Source: Candidatus Bathyarchaeota archaeon
GTDB taxonomy: Archaea > Thermoproteota > Bathyarchaeia > Bathyarchaeales > Bathycorpusculaceae
Direction of reading: 5' to 3'
Assembly: GCA_029879735.1 (NCBI GenBank)
Contig: JAOUPS010000001.1
Coordinates: forward strand, 18,831 to 82,830
DNA length: 64,000 nucleotides
Made by a program: the position numbers and the translations under genes. Of the stretch, positions 1-8,718 are shown in pieces. Below the pieces are notes generated by a model. That model worked only from the letters and a program-made list of their open reading frames with translations, had not been told where the DNA came from and did not search any database. Positions within the stretch are counted from its first letter, which is position 1, and each line of letters begins with the position of its first letter.

Positions 1-5
1 TTTTT

Positions 6-1007
6 ATGAATGTAAACCGATTAAAATGTATGTACGCCCCTGGCTTAAAAACATATATCATTAAGAGGCTTTTGTCTGCCTTACCGACGATTTTGGTGGT
101 AATCGTTATAAATTTTGCCTTGATTCATGCTGCACCTTACGATCCAGCTTTAATGCTGGTCGGGGAGGCCGGGTACGTCTCAAAGGAGTATGTAGCAAGG
201 ATAAGAGCAGAATATGGCCTTGACAAGTCACTACCCGAACAATTGCTCGTGTATATTCTAAAGGTAGTCAATGCCGATTTTGGCTATTCATACTTTCATG
301 GAGAGCCTGTTTTGAGAATAATCGCCCAAGCAATCCCGGCCACGCTGCTACTGATGGCTACTGCTTTCACGATAGCAATATTGATCGGTATTGTTTTCGG
401 AATATTTTCAGCCAGAAAACCAAATTCCATGACGGATATTTTATTCGGCATCTTATCTACGGCTGGTTACTCCATGCCTCGGTTCTTACTGGCAACGCTT
501 GTTTTGTGGATGTTTTCGCTCAATTTAGGATGGTTTCCAAGTGGAGGGGTTCGAACAGTAGGTGGCTATTCAGGAAGTGATGTAGTTGACGTGTTGACTC
601 ACCTATGCCTTCCCGCATTGACACTGGCAACGTATGATCTAGCGTTAGTATATCGATTGACGAGAACCAGCATGTTAGATACCCTGGCGAAGGATTACAT
701 TATCACGGCAAGGTCTAAGGGATTAAGTGAAAAGACCGTTCTTTTCAAGCACGCCCTTAGGAATGCGATAGCACCAGTAGTTACTACGTCAGGGGTGAGG
801 TTTGGTTTACTTCTCGCGGGGGCTGTTACTACTGAAACTGTATTCAACTGGCCAGGCATGGGTAGACTTATATATGAGGCTACATTGCTGGGGGACTACC
901 CTTTACTCATGGGGACATTTGTCGTAATTTGCATGACAGTAATTATTTCCAATTTGCTTGTAGATATTATATACGGGATACTTGATCCACGAGTACGACT
1001 TAAATGA
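6..1007 (+). CDS. ABC peptide/nickel-type transporter permease (DppB/OppB-like)
   Basis: 333-aa ORF with multiple hydrophobic spans and the BPD-transporter loop region (ITARSKGLSEKTVLFKHALRNA). It is the first of four co-directional ABC genes. The true start is probably the internal Met near nt 30 (MYAPGLKTYIIKRLL). Confidence 0.85.
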   Translation: MNVNRLKCMYAPGLKTYIIKRLLSALPTILVVIVINFALIHAAPYDPALMLVGEAGYVSKEYVARIRAEYGLDKSLPEQLLVYILKVVNADFGYSYFHGEPVLRIIAQAIPATLLLMATAFTIAILIGIVFGIFSARKPNSMTDILFGILSTAGYSMPRFLLATLVLWMFSLNLGWFPSGGVRTVGGYSGSDVVDVLTHLCLPALTLATYDLALVYRLTRTSMLDTLAKDYIITARSKGLSEKTVLFKHALRNAIAPVVTTSGVRFGLLLAGAVTTETVFNWPGMGRLIYEATLLGDYPLLMGTFVVICMTVIISNLLVDIIYGILDPRVRLK

Positions 1008-1887
1008 GGTATACTCAAAGAGGTGTATGCAGATGCTATCAAAGAACCTGATTATCAGTTTCGTAGGTGACATGTCAAGGTTTTGGCGAAGATACAAGAA
1101 AAACAGAGGAGGGGTTGTCGGTTTATTATTTTTGGCTTTTGTAGTTATACTCGCGATCGCCGCGCCGGCAATTTCAACGTATGATCCTACGAAGACGGGA
1201 GTTGGAGGGATCTTTGCAGAGCCATCCTCGACGCATCTTCTAGGGACGGATCACCTAGGGAGGGATATATATAGCAGGCTTCTGGTAGGTGCACGGGTTG
1301 CTTTACTTGTAAGTTTCCTTGCAGCTGGAATATCAGCGGTTATTGGATCGGTAGTCGGCGCAATTGGGGGATATTTTGGGGGAATTGTGGATCATCTGTT
1401 GTCTAAAGTGACAGAGATATTCCAAGTGATACCCATGTTCTTCTTGGCGCTATTGCTTCTAACGATTTTTGGCGGTTCCCAATGGATTGTAATTTCCACG
1501 ATTGGTGTACTAGGTTGGCCCTCTATAGCTAGAGTGACGAGGGGAGAATTTATACGAGAAAGGGAGAAGGAGTACGTACAGGCGGCCTTTGCATTAGGAG
1601 CGAGCAATTTAGACATTGCACTCTTTGAAATCTTCCTTAATGTTCTACCTCCGATCATCATCAGCACGTGCTTTGTGATGTCTTCGGCTATGCTGACTGA
1701 AGCAGCTCTAAGCTTTCTGGGGATTAGTGACCCCTCTATTCCCAGCTGGGGAAGAATGATAGGCGATGCTCGTCTCTTCCTTTTCCGTGACGTGTGGTGG
1801 GTGTTGTTACCACCTGCATTAATGTTATGTATTACCACGATTGGAATAAACCTAATCGGAGATGCGTTAAATCGGATTATCCGATAG
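982..1887 (+). CDS. ABC peptide/nickel-type transporter permease (DppC/OppC-like)
   Basis: Membrane ORF with an N-terminal RRYKKNRGGVVGLLFL segment and GTDHLGRDIYSRLL typical of OppC/DppC. The true start is probably near nt 1072 (MSRFWRRY). Confidence 0.85.
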   Translation: MIHEYDLNEVYSKRCMQMLSKNLIISFVGDMSRFWRRYKKNRGGVVGLLFLAFVVILAIAAPAISTYDPTKTGVGGIFAEPSSTHLLGTDHLGRDIYSRLLVGARVALLVSFLAAGISAVIGSVVGAIGGYFGGIVDHLLSKVTEIFQVIPMFFLALLLLTIFGGSQWIVISTIGVLGWPSIARVTRGEFIREREKEYVQAAFALGASNLDIALFEIFLNVLPPIIISTCFVMSSAMLTEAALSFLGISDPSIPSWGRMIGDARLFLFRDVWWVLLPPALMLCITTIGINLIGDALNRIIR

Positions 1888-1894
1888 TTCGAAA

Positions 1895-1907
1895 GCGCGC
1901 GCGCTAG
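1895..1907. repeat. (GC)5-TAG motif locus
   Basis: gaaaGCGCGCGCGCTAGtagg, in the 35-nt gap between the permease and ATPase genes of the ABC operon. Confidence 0.9.
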
Positions 1908-1922
1908 TAGGTGATCTGACCA

Positions 1923-2888
1923 TTGAGCATGAGCGTAAAAACGTTGCTTATTAACAAAACAAAGACATATTATTTCACGAGATTCGGCACCGTAAGAGCG
2001 GTAGATGGTCTGAGCATGGAATTAGGTGAAAAAGAGGCAGTCGGGCTGATAGGTGAGTCTGGATGTGGGAAAACCACCTTGGCCTTATCAATAATAAGAT
2101 TGCTCCCGCCTCAATGCAAGATTTTAGAAGGAAGCATTCTATTTAAGGGAAGGAACTTGTTGGAACTTACAGAAAAAGAGATTAACCGCGTGAGGGGAAG
2201 AGAAATATCGATGATCTTTCAGAATCCTTCAAGTTATTTGAACCCGGTCATGAAGATTAGTGAGCAAATTATCGAATGCATTACCAACCATCATGCTATG
2301 AAGAAATCAGAAGCGGAGGAAAAAGCGCTTGAAATGTTAACGAAACTTCGCATTCCTGAGGCAAAACAGGTCATGCGGTGCTATCCATTTGAGCTTAGTG
2401 GGGGAATGCAACAACGTGTTGTGATTGCAATAGCACTCATACGTAATCCTGTACTACTCATAGCAGACGAACCAACAACATCTGTGGATGCCACCATAGA
2501 GAGACAGATCTTAAACTTATTGAATGAGCTAAAAGAGAACCTCTCACTATTATTGGTTACTCATAATCTAGGCGTCGTGGCTGAACTATGCGAGAAGATT
2601 TACTGCATGTATGCTGGAAAAATCGTGGAATATGGTGACATTTTTAAAATCTTTGAAAATCCGATGCACCCATATACATCAGGGCTATTGAAGTCGGCTC
2701 TCAGTATTGATGAATTGAAGAAGAAAATTATGGTTGTCAAAGGCGATGTACCCAGTTTAATTAACCCACCCCCGGGTTGTAGGTTTCACACTAGATGTGA
2801 ACACGTTAGACCAATTTGCAGTAAACAAGAACCGCCAACAGTCAAGGTTGGAAAAAATCATTGGGCATCGTGTTGGCTCCATTACTAG
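1923..2888 (+). CDS. ABC transporter ATP-binding protein (DppD/OppD-like)
   Basis: Walker A GESGCGKT, signature LSGGMQQR, Walker B LLIADEPTT, and a C-terminal oligopeptide-transporter extension with a Cys cluster (GCRFHTRC). Confidence 0.9.
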   Translation: MSMSVKTLLINKTKTYYFTRFGTVRAVDGLSMELGEKEAVGLIGESGCGKTTLALSIIRLLPPQCKILEGSILFKGRNLLELTEKEINRVRGREISMIFQNPSSYLNPVMKISEQIIECITNHHAMKKSEAEEKALEMLTKLRIPEAKQVMRCYPFELSGGMQQRVVIAIALIRNPVLLIADEPTTSVDATIERQILNLLNELKENLSLLLVTHNLGVVAELCEKIYCMYAGKIVEYGDIFKIFENPMHPYTSGLLKSALSIDELKKKIMVVKGDVPSLINPPPGCRFHTRCEHVRPICSKQEPPTVKVGKNHWASCWLHY

Positions 2889-2927
2889 GGGTGTATATCA
2901 ATATCAATACTTGTTAAAGCTGAAGGC

Positions 2928-3875
2928 TTGAAGAAATATTTTCCGTTGAGACAAATGCCATTCAGAAAAAAGTTATTCGTACATGCAGTTGATGGAGTTG
3001 ATCTCACAATCGAAAAAGGCGAGATATTAAGCTCAGTAGGTGAGAGCGGATGTGGGAAAACGACCCTTGGAAGATTAATTTTAGGGATATTAAAACCGAC
3101 TGCTGGAACAGTGAAGTTCATGGATCAAGATATCTACAAGTTGCACGAAAAGAATAAACGACGTGAAATTCGACGTCAAATGCAGGTGATATTTCAAAAT
3201 CCCTTCCAATCGCTTAATCCCCGGAAAACCATAAAGCAAATTCTAGCTAAGCCGTACAAGGTTCACAAGGTGATTATGAAAAATGAGATTACATATAAAG
3301 TGTTAGAGCTATTGGAACAAGTCAACCTCAAACCGGCGGAAACTTTCATCGGGAGGTATCCCCACGAGCTTAGCGGAGGACAAAAACAAAGAGTCGCTAT
3401 TGCCAGAGCCCTAGCCCTTAACCCTAAATTTGTCGTTTGCGACGAACCTGTATCGTCGTTAGACCTTTCAATTCAAGCCCAAATACTTAATCTAATAGCC
3501 GAATTGAGGGAGAAAACTAAAGTTAGTTTACTATTCATTACACATAATCTGGCTGTAGTTAGATCAATATCAGATAGGGTTGCAGTAATGTACCTAGGTA
3601 AGTTCGTAGAATTAGCTGACGGAGAAGAACTTTTTCAGACTCCTCTACACCCATACACTCAGGCCTTGCTCTCAGCAATTCCTATTCCAGATCCCAAAAG
3701 AACACGCCTCCGGAAAAGAATCGCCCTAAAGGGCGATGTTCCGTCTCACCTCAATCTTCCGTCAGGCTGTCGATTCCACACCAGGTGTCCATATAGTAGA
3801 AGCGAATGCTGTTCTGTAGAACCGAATCTCAACGAAGTTAGAAGAGGCCACTCTGTAGCCTGTCACATTGCATGA
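2928..3875 (+). CDS. ABC transporter ATP-binding protein (DppF/OppF-like)
   Basis: Walker A GESGCGKT, signature LSGGQKQR, Walker B FVVCDEPVS, and a C-terminal GCRFHTRCP motif. Confidence 0.9.
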   Translation: MKKYFPLRQMPFRKKLFVHAVDGVDLTIEKGEILSSVGESGCGKTTLGRLILGILKPTAGTVKFMDQDIYKLHEKNKRREIRRQMQVIFQNPFQSLNPRKTIKQILAKPYKVHKVIMKNEITYKVLELLEQVNLKPAETFIGRYPHELSGGQKQRVAIARALALNPKFVVCDEPVSSLDLSIQAQILNLIAELREKTKVSLLFITHNLAVVRSISDRVAVMYLGKFVELADGEELFQTPLHPYTQALLSAIPIPDPKRTRLRKRIALKGDVPSHLNLPSGCRFHTRCPYSRSECCSVEPNLNEVRRGHSVACHIA

Positions 3876-4042
3876 TAGAAGCGTTCCACAAAGCCTACAA
3901 ATACGAGGCTTGGATGTTCCCAAGCCATCCACAATTCGTGAACTATTGGAACTATGAAAGGCCACATCAAGGAATAAGTTATCTATACCCGGCGGATGTA
4001 TACTTTAGAGACCTAAAGAAAGGGACACATCATAGTGGATAG
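3875..4042 (+). pseudogene. C-terminal remnant of an rve-type (DDE integrase-core) transposase/integrase
   Basis: A 55-codon open frame with no start directly after the ABC operon stop. It reads IEAFHKAYKYEAWMFPSHPQFVNYWNYERPHQGISYLYPADVYF. The YN..RPH..L/I tail is typical of the C-terminus of rve-domain transposases. Confidence 0.4.
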
Positions 4043-4075
4043 AACAGATAGAACAGGTTTAACCAAAGGCCCTAC

Positions 4076-4867
4076 TCATAAAGTGCGCATTTCATTTATG
4101 AGATCCACAAAATAGTTTACGACAATTTCGAGGATTTTTTCTCCTTCTTGACGGGTTGCATAAATGGGAGGCTCAGTAGCTAGAGAACCGTTTTCACTGA
4201 TTTCACGCGTATTTATAGGGATTTCAACAGTGCAGGACTTAAATATCGACTTGGACTCGTTTTTTGGGATTATATTGTTTGACAAAGGCTTTATAGGCTG
4301 TAGTTTCTTTGCTTCATTGAGATCTACTAAATCAGATCGATCAGGTGTAAGAGCTAATAACAAAGAAACCCCGTGACTACCACCGTGTCCTTTGTGTTCT
4401 TTCCTTGCAAACTCTGTCATTACCGTCCACCAGTCGGAGATTACAAAAAATGCACCCGTTTCCTCCTTGAGTTGCCGTGCAGCAAGCGACAACGGACCCG
4501 TATTTCCACCATGCCCATTGATTATAAGTATCTTCTGGGTACCGTGACGAATCAAGCTGTGACACACATCTTTAACTAGATTAGCCAATACATTGTATCG
4601 TATTGAAATGTTTCCTGGAAAATCACTATTCCACGGACAATATCCAAATTGGATGTAAGGTGCAAGGATTACTCCAGCCTTTTCTGCAACTCTCCTTGCG
4701 ATCCCAGACGCATGTATATGATCAACTGCCAATGGAAGGTGAGGCCCGTGTTGCTCGATAGCACCAACCGCTAATATGGCAATGTCTGTTTCCTCAAACG
4801 CCTTCTCTGCTTCAGGCCATCTCATGTCAGGTAAGTATACCTTTTTCAAATTCGTCCACCTTAGCAT
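4076..4867 (-). CDS. creatininase-family amidohydrolase
   Basis: GAIEQHGPHLPLAVDHIHA and INGHGGN motifs characteristic of the creatinine amidohydrolase/ArfB/MftE family. Confidence 0.8.
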   Translation of the reverse strand: MLRWTNLKKVYLPDMRWPEAEKAFEETDIAILAVGAIEQHGPHLPLAVDHIHASGIARRVAEKAGVILAPYIQFGYCPWNSDFPGNISIRYNVLANLVKDVCHSLIRHGTQKILIINGHGGNTGPLSLAARQLKEETGAFFVISDWWTVMTEFARKEHKGHGGSHGVSLLLALTPDRSDLVDLNEAKKLQPIKPLSNNIIPKNESKSIFKSCTVEIPINTREISENGSLATEPPIYATRQEGEKILEIVVNYFVDLINEMRTL

Positions 4868-4953
4868 AAGAAGTCCACAAACTGTTATTTAACGGTTTTT
4901 TATCCGATACTTTTTTAAGGAAACCACCAAACATACTTTCAAAAGGTGTTGAG

Positions 4954-6177
4954 TTGGTGGTTAAACAGCGTGCTTCGAATAGAATCAGATTGCTCGAAGA
5001 TCCTATGAAACCTATCGAAACACGAGTTAAGAAGCTTCAGAACGAGGGTAAAAGAATCATCTCTCTAGTGAGTGGCGATCCAATAAACGCTGGAGGGTTT
5101 ACTCCACCAGAACATGTAGTTAGATCACTCGTTATGGCTGCGCAAGACAAAAAAAATTATGGGTACTCTGGATATCTTCCTTGGGGGCTTGAGCTTAAGC
5201 GGGCGATAGCAGATAGACAAAAGAAGGATCATGGAATCTTCTATCCTCCAGATCGCATCGTCTTGACTTATGGAGGTACCAATGCTATTGATCTTTTATA
5301 TTTTTCCTTATTTGACCCAAAAGATGAATTGTTAGTTCCTGAACCAACGTATCATTTATTTGTTTTCCTGACCCAATGTTATCGTACAAAATTCGTGACT
5401 TGTAGGAGTGATGAAACAAATGATTGGCTTCCAGACATAGACGATCTGCGAACAAAAATAAGTGAAAAGACTAAATGCATTATCTTAGTGAATCCTAATA
5501 ACCCAACTGGCGCAGTCTACAACGAAAAAATTCTGAGGGAATTCGTTAACATTGCTGGAGAGCATGATTTAGTTATTATTTCGGATGAAATATACGATAT
5601 GACTACATTTGATGGAGTTAAGGCTATATCTATAGCTTCAGTAGCTAAGGATGTCCCTTGCATCATTTTAAATGCGCTAACAAAAAGCTACTTGGTTCCA
5701 GCGTTTCGGCAAGGTTTTATTTGTTTTCACGACCCTGAAGAAAAAATAAATGAATTAGTAGAGAAAACTAATACCTTTGCAAGTAAAATGTTGCCGATGT
5801 CAGCGCTTATCCAGAAGGCTTCCATTGACGTCTTGAAAGGGCCCACCGAATTTAGAAAAGATCTATTAAAGAAGCTAGAAAAGCGCAGGGACTATGCTTG
5901 GAAGCGTTTGAACGAAATAGATGGCCTCACTTGTGTCAAACCTAAAGGTTCCTATTTCGCCTTTCCTAAGGTAGATGGAATAGGCAGAATCTGGAAAAGT
6001 GATAAGGATTTTCTGCTATCTCTGCTTGAGGAAGAAGGAATTGTCCTACGTCTCGGGTCGATGTTTGGTGAAAAGTACGGTGTTGAGCATTTTCGAGTAA
6101 GCTTTCTCTTTCCGATCAACACTATGCGAGAAGCCTATGACAAACTGGAATCCTTCATGAAGCGACATGTAAGTTAG
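4954..6177 (+). CDS. class I/II PLP-dependent aminotransferase (divergent, alanine-aminotransferase-like)
   Basis: NPNNPTG motif, SDEIYD, and a Lys-containing LTKSYLVPAFRQG segment in place of the usual SK....G.R.G. Confidence 0.8.
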   Translation: MVVKQRASNRIRLLEDPMKPIETRVKKLQNEGKRIISLVSGDPINAGGFTPPEHVVRSLVMAAQDKKNYGYSGYLPWGLELKRAIADRQKKDHGIFYPPDRIVLTYGGTNAIDLLYFSLFDPKDELLVPEPTYHLFVFLTQCYRTKFVTCRSDETNDWLPDIDDLRTKISEKTKCIILVNPNNPTGAVYNEKILREFVNIAGEHDLVIISDEIYDMTTFDGVKAISIASVAKDVPCIILNALTKSYLVPAFRQGFICFHDPEEKINELVEKTNTFASKMLPMSALIQKASIDVLKGPTEFRKDLLKKLEKRRDYAWKRLNEIDGLTCVKPKGSYFAFPKVDGIGRIWKSDKDFLLSLLEEEGIVLRLGSMFGEKYGVEHFRVSFLFPINTMREAYDKLESFMKRHVS

Positions 6178-6238
6178 CGGCAAATTTATGAGCAGAAAAA
6201 GAATAAGGGAGTTGTAAGTGGAGGTTCTGGGACAGTCT

Positions 6239-6973
6239 TCATAACATTCTGAGGAGGCTACCATAGCCTTTTGTGGGTTCTGAAACTTTCGCCTTCCTTA
6301 ATGCATCCCATAGCGTTGCTATGTTGCTAGTAATCACAGGTTTTCCCAAGTCTCGTTCCAATTTTTCAATAATGGGTGCCGCATGGAGGCCTGTGCAACT
6401 TTGGAAAATGCCTTCAGCTCCGGGTACATCAACACTCCGAATAAGTTTGTAATTCTCATGCGGGTTGTTGTCTTGAAATTCGTAAACATCTTTGTATTCT
6501 CCTTTACGCCGTTGCATGTTCACTACTTCAAAGCCGATTTTTTCTAGATAATCCTTCAGCACGTCATTTATTTTCTTAATGTAAGGTGTAATAACGGCAA
6601 CTTTCTTTATTTCCAATTCTTTGAGAGCTGCTACAGCCGCTGTAATTATTGTTGAAGCGGGGATATCTGGTGCAGCGTTGTTTATCTTCTTTATTAATCC
6701 CTCAGTCCATTCCGTTCCGCCTATGAAGCTACCACTCGTGCACCCAAACGTTATACTCGTAGGTTTAAGGGGAAGCAGAAGTTTTGTCGCTTCTTCGACT
6801 TTGTCAGCCATTGCCCATAAGTGTTTATCAGTTTGAGATGTGTTTCCAGGCAAGGTATGGAAGCGCGCCGAAAATATTGCCACACCCTCTGGAGCCATTC
6901 TCCAGAGCTCAGGTTCTAACGTAGAGTCGCCATCTGGAATAATTAATCCTATTCTTGCCCTCCAACCGTACAC
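6239..6973 (-). CDS. Asp/Glu/hydantoin racemase superfamily protein, maleate cis-trans isomerase-like
   Basis: N-terminal GWRARIGLIIP motif. Both conserved Cys boxes are present (ITFGCTSGSF and IFQSCTGLHA). Confidence 0.75.
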   Translation of the reverse strand: MYGWRARIGLIIPDGDSTLEPELWRMAPEGVAIFSARFHTLPGNTSQTDKHLWAMADKVEEATKLLLPLKPTSITFGCTSGSFIGGTEWTEGLIKKINNAAPDIPASTIITAAVAALKELEIKKVAVITPYIKKINDVLKDYLEKIGFEVVNMQRRKGEYKDVYEFQDNNPHENYKLIRSVDVPGAEGIFQSCTGLHAAPIIEKLERDLGKPVITSNIATLWDALRKAKVSEPTKGYGSLLRML

Positions 6974-6985
6974 TTCAGGACCAAC

Positions 6986-7762
6986 CTAAGGCTTTCTCGG
7001 CCTACCCGGAGGCAAAGATTCCAAGGCAGGTTTGCCGGAAGGAGCTAAAACTTCCATAGCGTATTTTTCCTTTTCCGCTTTCTTTTTTGCATATTCTAAC
7101 GTTTCCTTTGCGTAATCGGCAGGTATCACAATTACCCCATCACCATCTCCCATTATTAGGTCACCTGGTTTAACCTGAACACCGCCACATTGAATTGGGA
7201 CATTTAAGTCCACATCTTCTACAAATTCATATGCACCTGCTGGAGACGACCATTTCGCGAAAACTGGCAGTTTCATCTTCTCAATGCCGTAAGTATCTCT
7301 GACGCCACCATTGATAACTACTGTTTGAATTTCATTTCTCTTAGCAAAAGTACTGAAACATTCCCCCCAAGGACAAAGACCCTCTGGCAAAGCGGGTGCC
7401 CCCATGACTAGAATGTCTCCAGGTTTAGCATAGTCAATAGCAGTTAACCTAGCATCTTCCCTAGATCTTCCAGTTCTTTGAACTTCTTCTATTAACTTCC
7501 CCGGAGGTTCATCATTTGTAAGCCTCATATGCACTGTTATCGCGGGACCAACGTATACATTTCCTCGCATGAAATTAAACATCGGTTTTATGCCTCGCAG
7601 AAAAGTATGTATTCCAAATTGGTATCGCAGTCCATCGTACATCAAAGAAGCATCAAGCTTTTTAATTTCTTCGATCAGTTCTTTCGGAGGTCTCTTAATG
7701 TCTAACGCTTTTTTCTTAAGTTCATCCAACCATTCCATCTCAATCACATTAGTTACCATCAT
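6986..7762 (-). CDS. RraA-family protein (HMG/CHA aldolase-oxaloacetate decarboxylase-like) with N-terminal extension
   Basis: VINGGVRDTYGIEKMKLPVFAKW and GGVQVKPGDLIMGDGDGVIVIP match the RraA fold signature. At 258 aa it is longer than typical members. Confidence 0.7.
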   Translation of the reverse strand: MMVTNVIEMEWLDELKKKALDIKRPPKELIEEIKKLDASLMYDGLRYQFGIHTFLRGIKPMFNFMRGNVYVGPAITVHMRLTNDEPPGKLIEEVQRTGRSREDARLTAIDYAKPGDILVMGAPALPEGLCPWGECFSTFAKRNEIQTVVINGGVRDTYGIEKMKLPVFAKWSSPAGAYEFVEDVDLNVPIQCGGVQVKPGDLIMGDGDGVIVIPADYAKETLEYAKKKAEKEKYAMEVLAPSGKPALESLPPGRPRKP

Positions 7763-8205
7763 AACACTTCAGATATAAGGTTTTCGAACGTCTATAATCA
7801 CCAACTTCAGGCATTGAGAACATGTGTTGATTTGTTAAGGTTAGAATTGGCAACTTAAGAGAGCTTATAAATTAGGGAACTTAATCATAGCGAAATTGTA
7901 AATCTAGTAGATAGAAAAACATTAAGAAGTCATTACAAGAAGATATGACTATGGAAAATATAGCTATCCTAAGAAAGAATTTAGCGGATTTAATGCTCAG
8001 AAGGTTCAAAGTTAACTTAACGACAGGTCCATTGGAAAAATCGAGTCCGTACTGAGAAAAGAGGAACAGAGCTAAGTGGAACGTGGAAAAGGAAGGACTT
8101 TTGACATCGAGGTATCTTACGATGAGATCCAATAAAACTACCACTGATCATGGAGAAATATCAGACGCTATCGCAAAAGTGGGAGAGAATACAAAGAAAG
8201 AATCT

Positions 8206-8577
8206 TTAACGGGAGGCCAAAGCAATAAGTTCTATTTCAACTTTTGACCCTAGACCCAATCCAACCTGGACGCATGTGCGAGCTGGGTGATTTTTCGGAA
8301 AAAACCTTGCCCAAACTTCATTTAGTGCTCTTTCTCTATCATTTATGTCTGTCAAGTAAACAGTGGCTTTAATCACATTATCCATGGACGATCCAGCCTC
8401 TTCCAAGACTTCTTTTAGATTTTTTAAAGCTTGTTCGATTTGAGTCTTTGCGTTCTCAGATACGAGCTTTCCTGTTTTCGGAATCCTACCCTCTCTTCCA
8501 AAAGTAAATATGAATTGCCCCACCTTCACCGCACGCCCAGCAGGTATATCTATATATTCTTTATTCATATCAAACAT
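8206..8577 (-). CDS. ridA: RidA/YjgF/UK114-family enamine/imine deaminase
   Basis: 123 aa with VKATVYLTDINDRERALNEVWARFF and PARTCVQV motifs. Confidence 0.85.
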   Translation of the reverse strand: MFDMNKEYIDIPAGRAVKVGQFIFTFGREGRIPKTGKLVSENAKTQIEQALKNLKEVLEEAGSSMDNVIKATVYLTDINDRERALNEVWARFFPKNHPARTCVQVGLGLGSKVEIELIALASR

Positions 8578-8718
8578 ACCTCAATGGCGAATAGCACAGT
8601 GCCCTTCTTAAATATCTTTGGGTTTAATCAATCACGTCCTACAAAAAAGGAATTGCGGGAGCGTTGATTTATATTAACAGATATTTGGAAAAAATCGTGT
8701 TATATTTCGAATGATCTT

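Noticed and set aside
1392-1838. Long antisense ORFs in the track (for example 1392..1838, 11968..12303, 15229..15666, 31682..32206, 33245..33628, 48465..49103)
   Set aside because: They lie entirely opposite strongly supported genes and have low-complexity Ser/Pro/Ile-rich compositions with no motifs. They are shadow ORFs.
7881-8144. 87-aa ORF in the 440-bp gap between the RraA-like and RidA genes
   Set aside because: It has a Leu/Phe/Ser-rich low-complexity translation, no start context and no motifs. The gap is more likely a promoter/terminator region. I found no convincing remnant gene there either.
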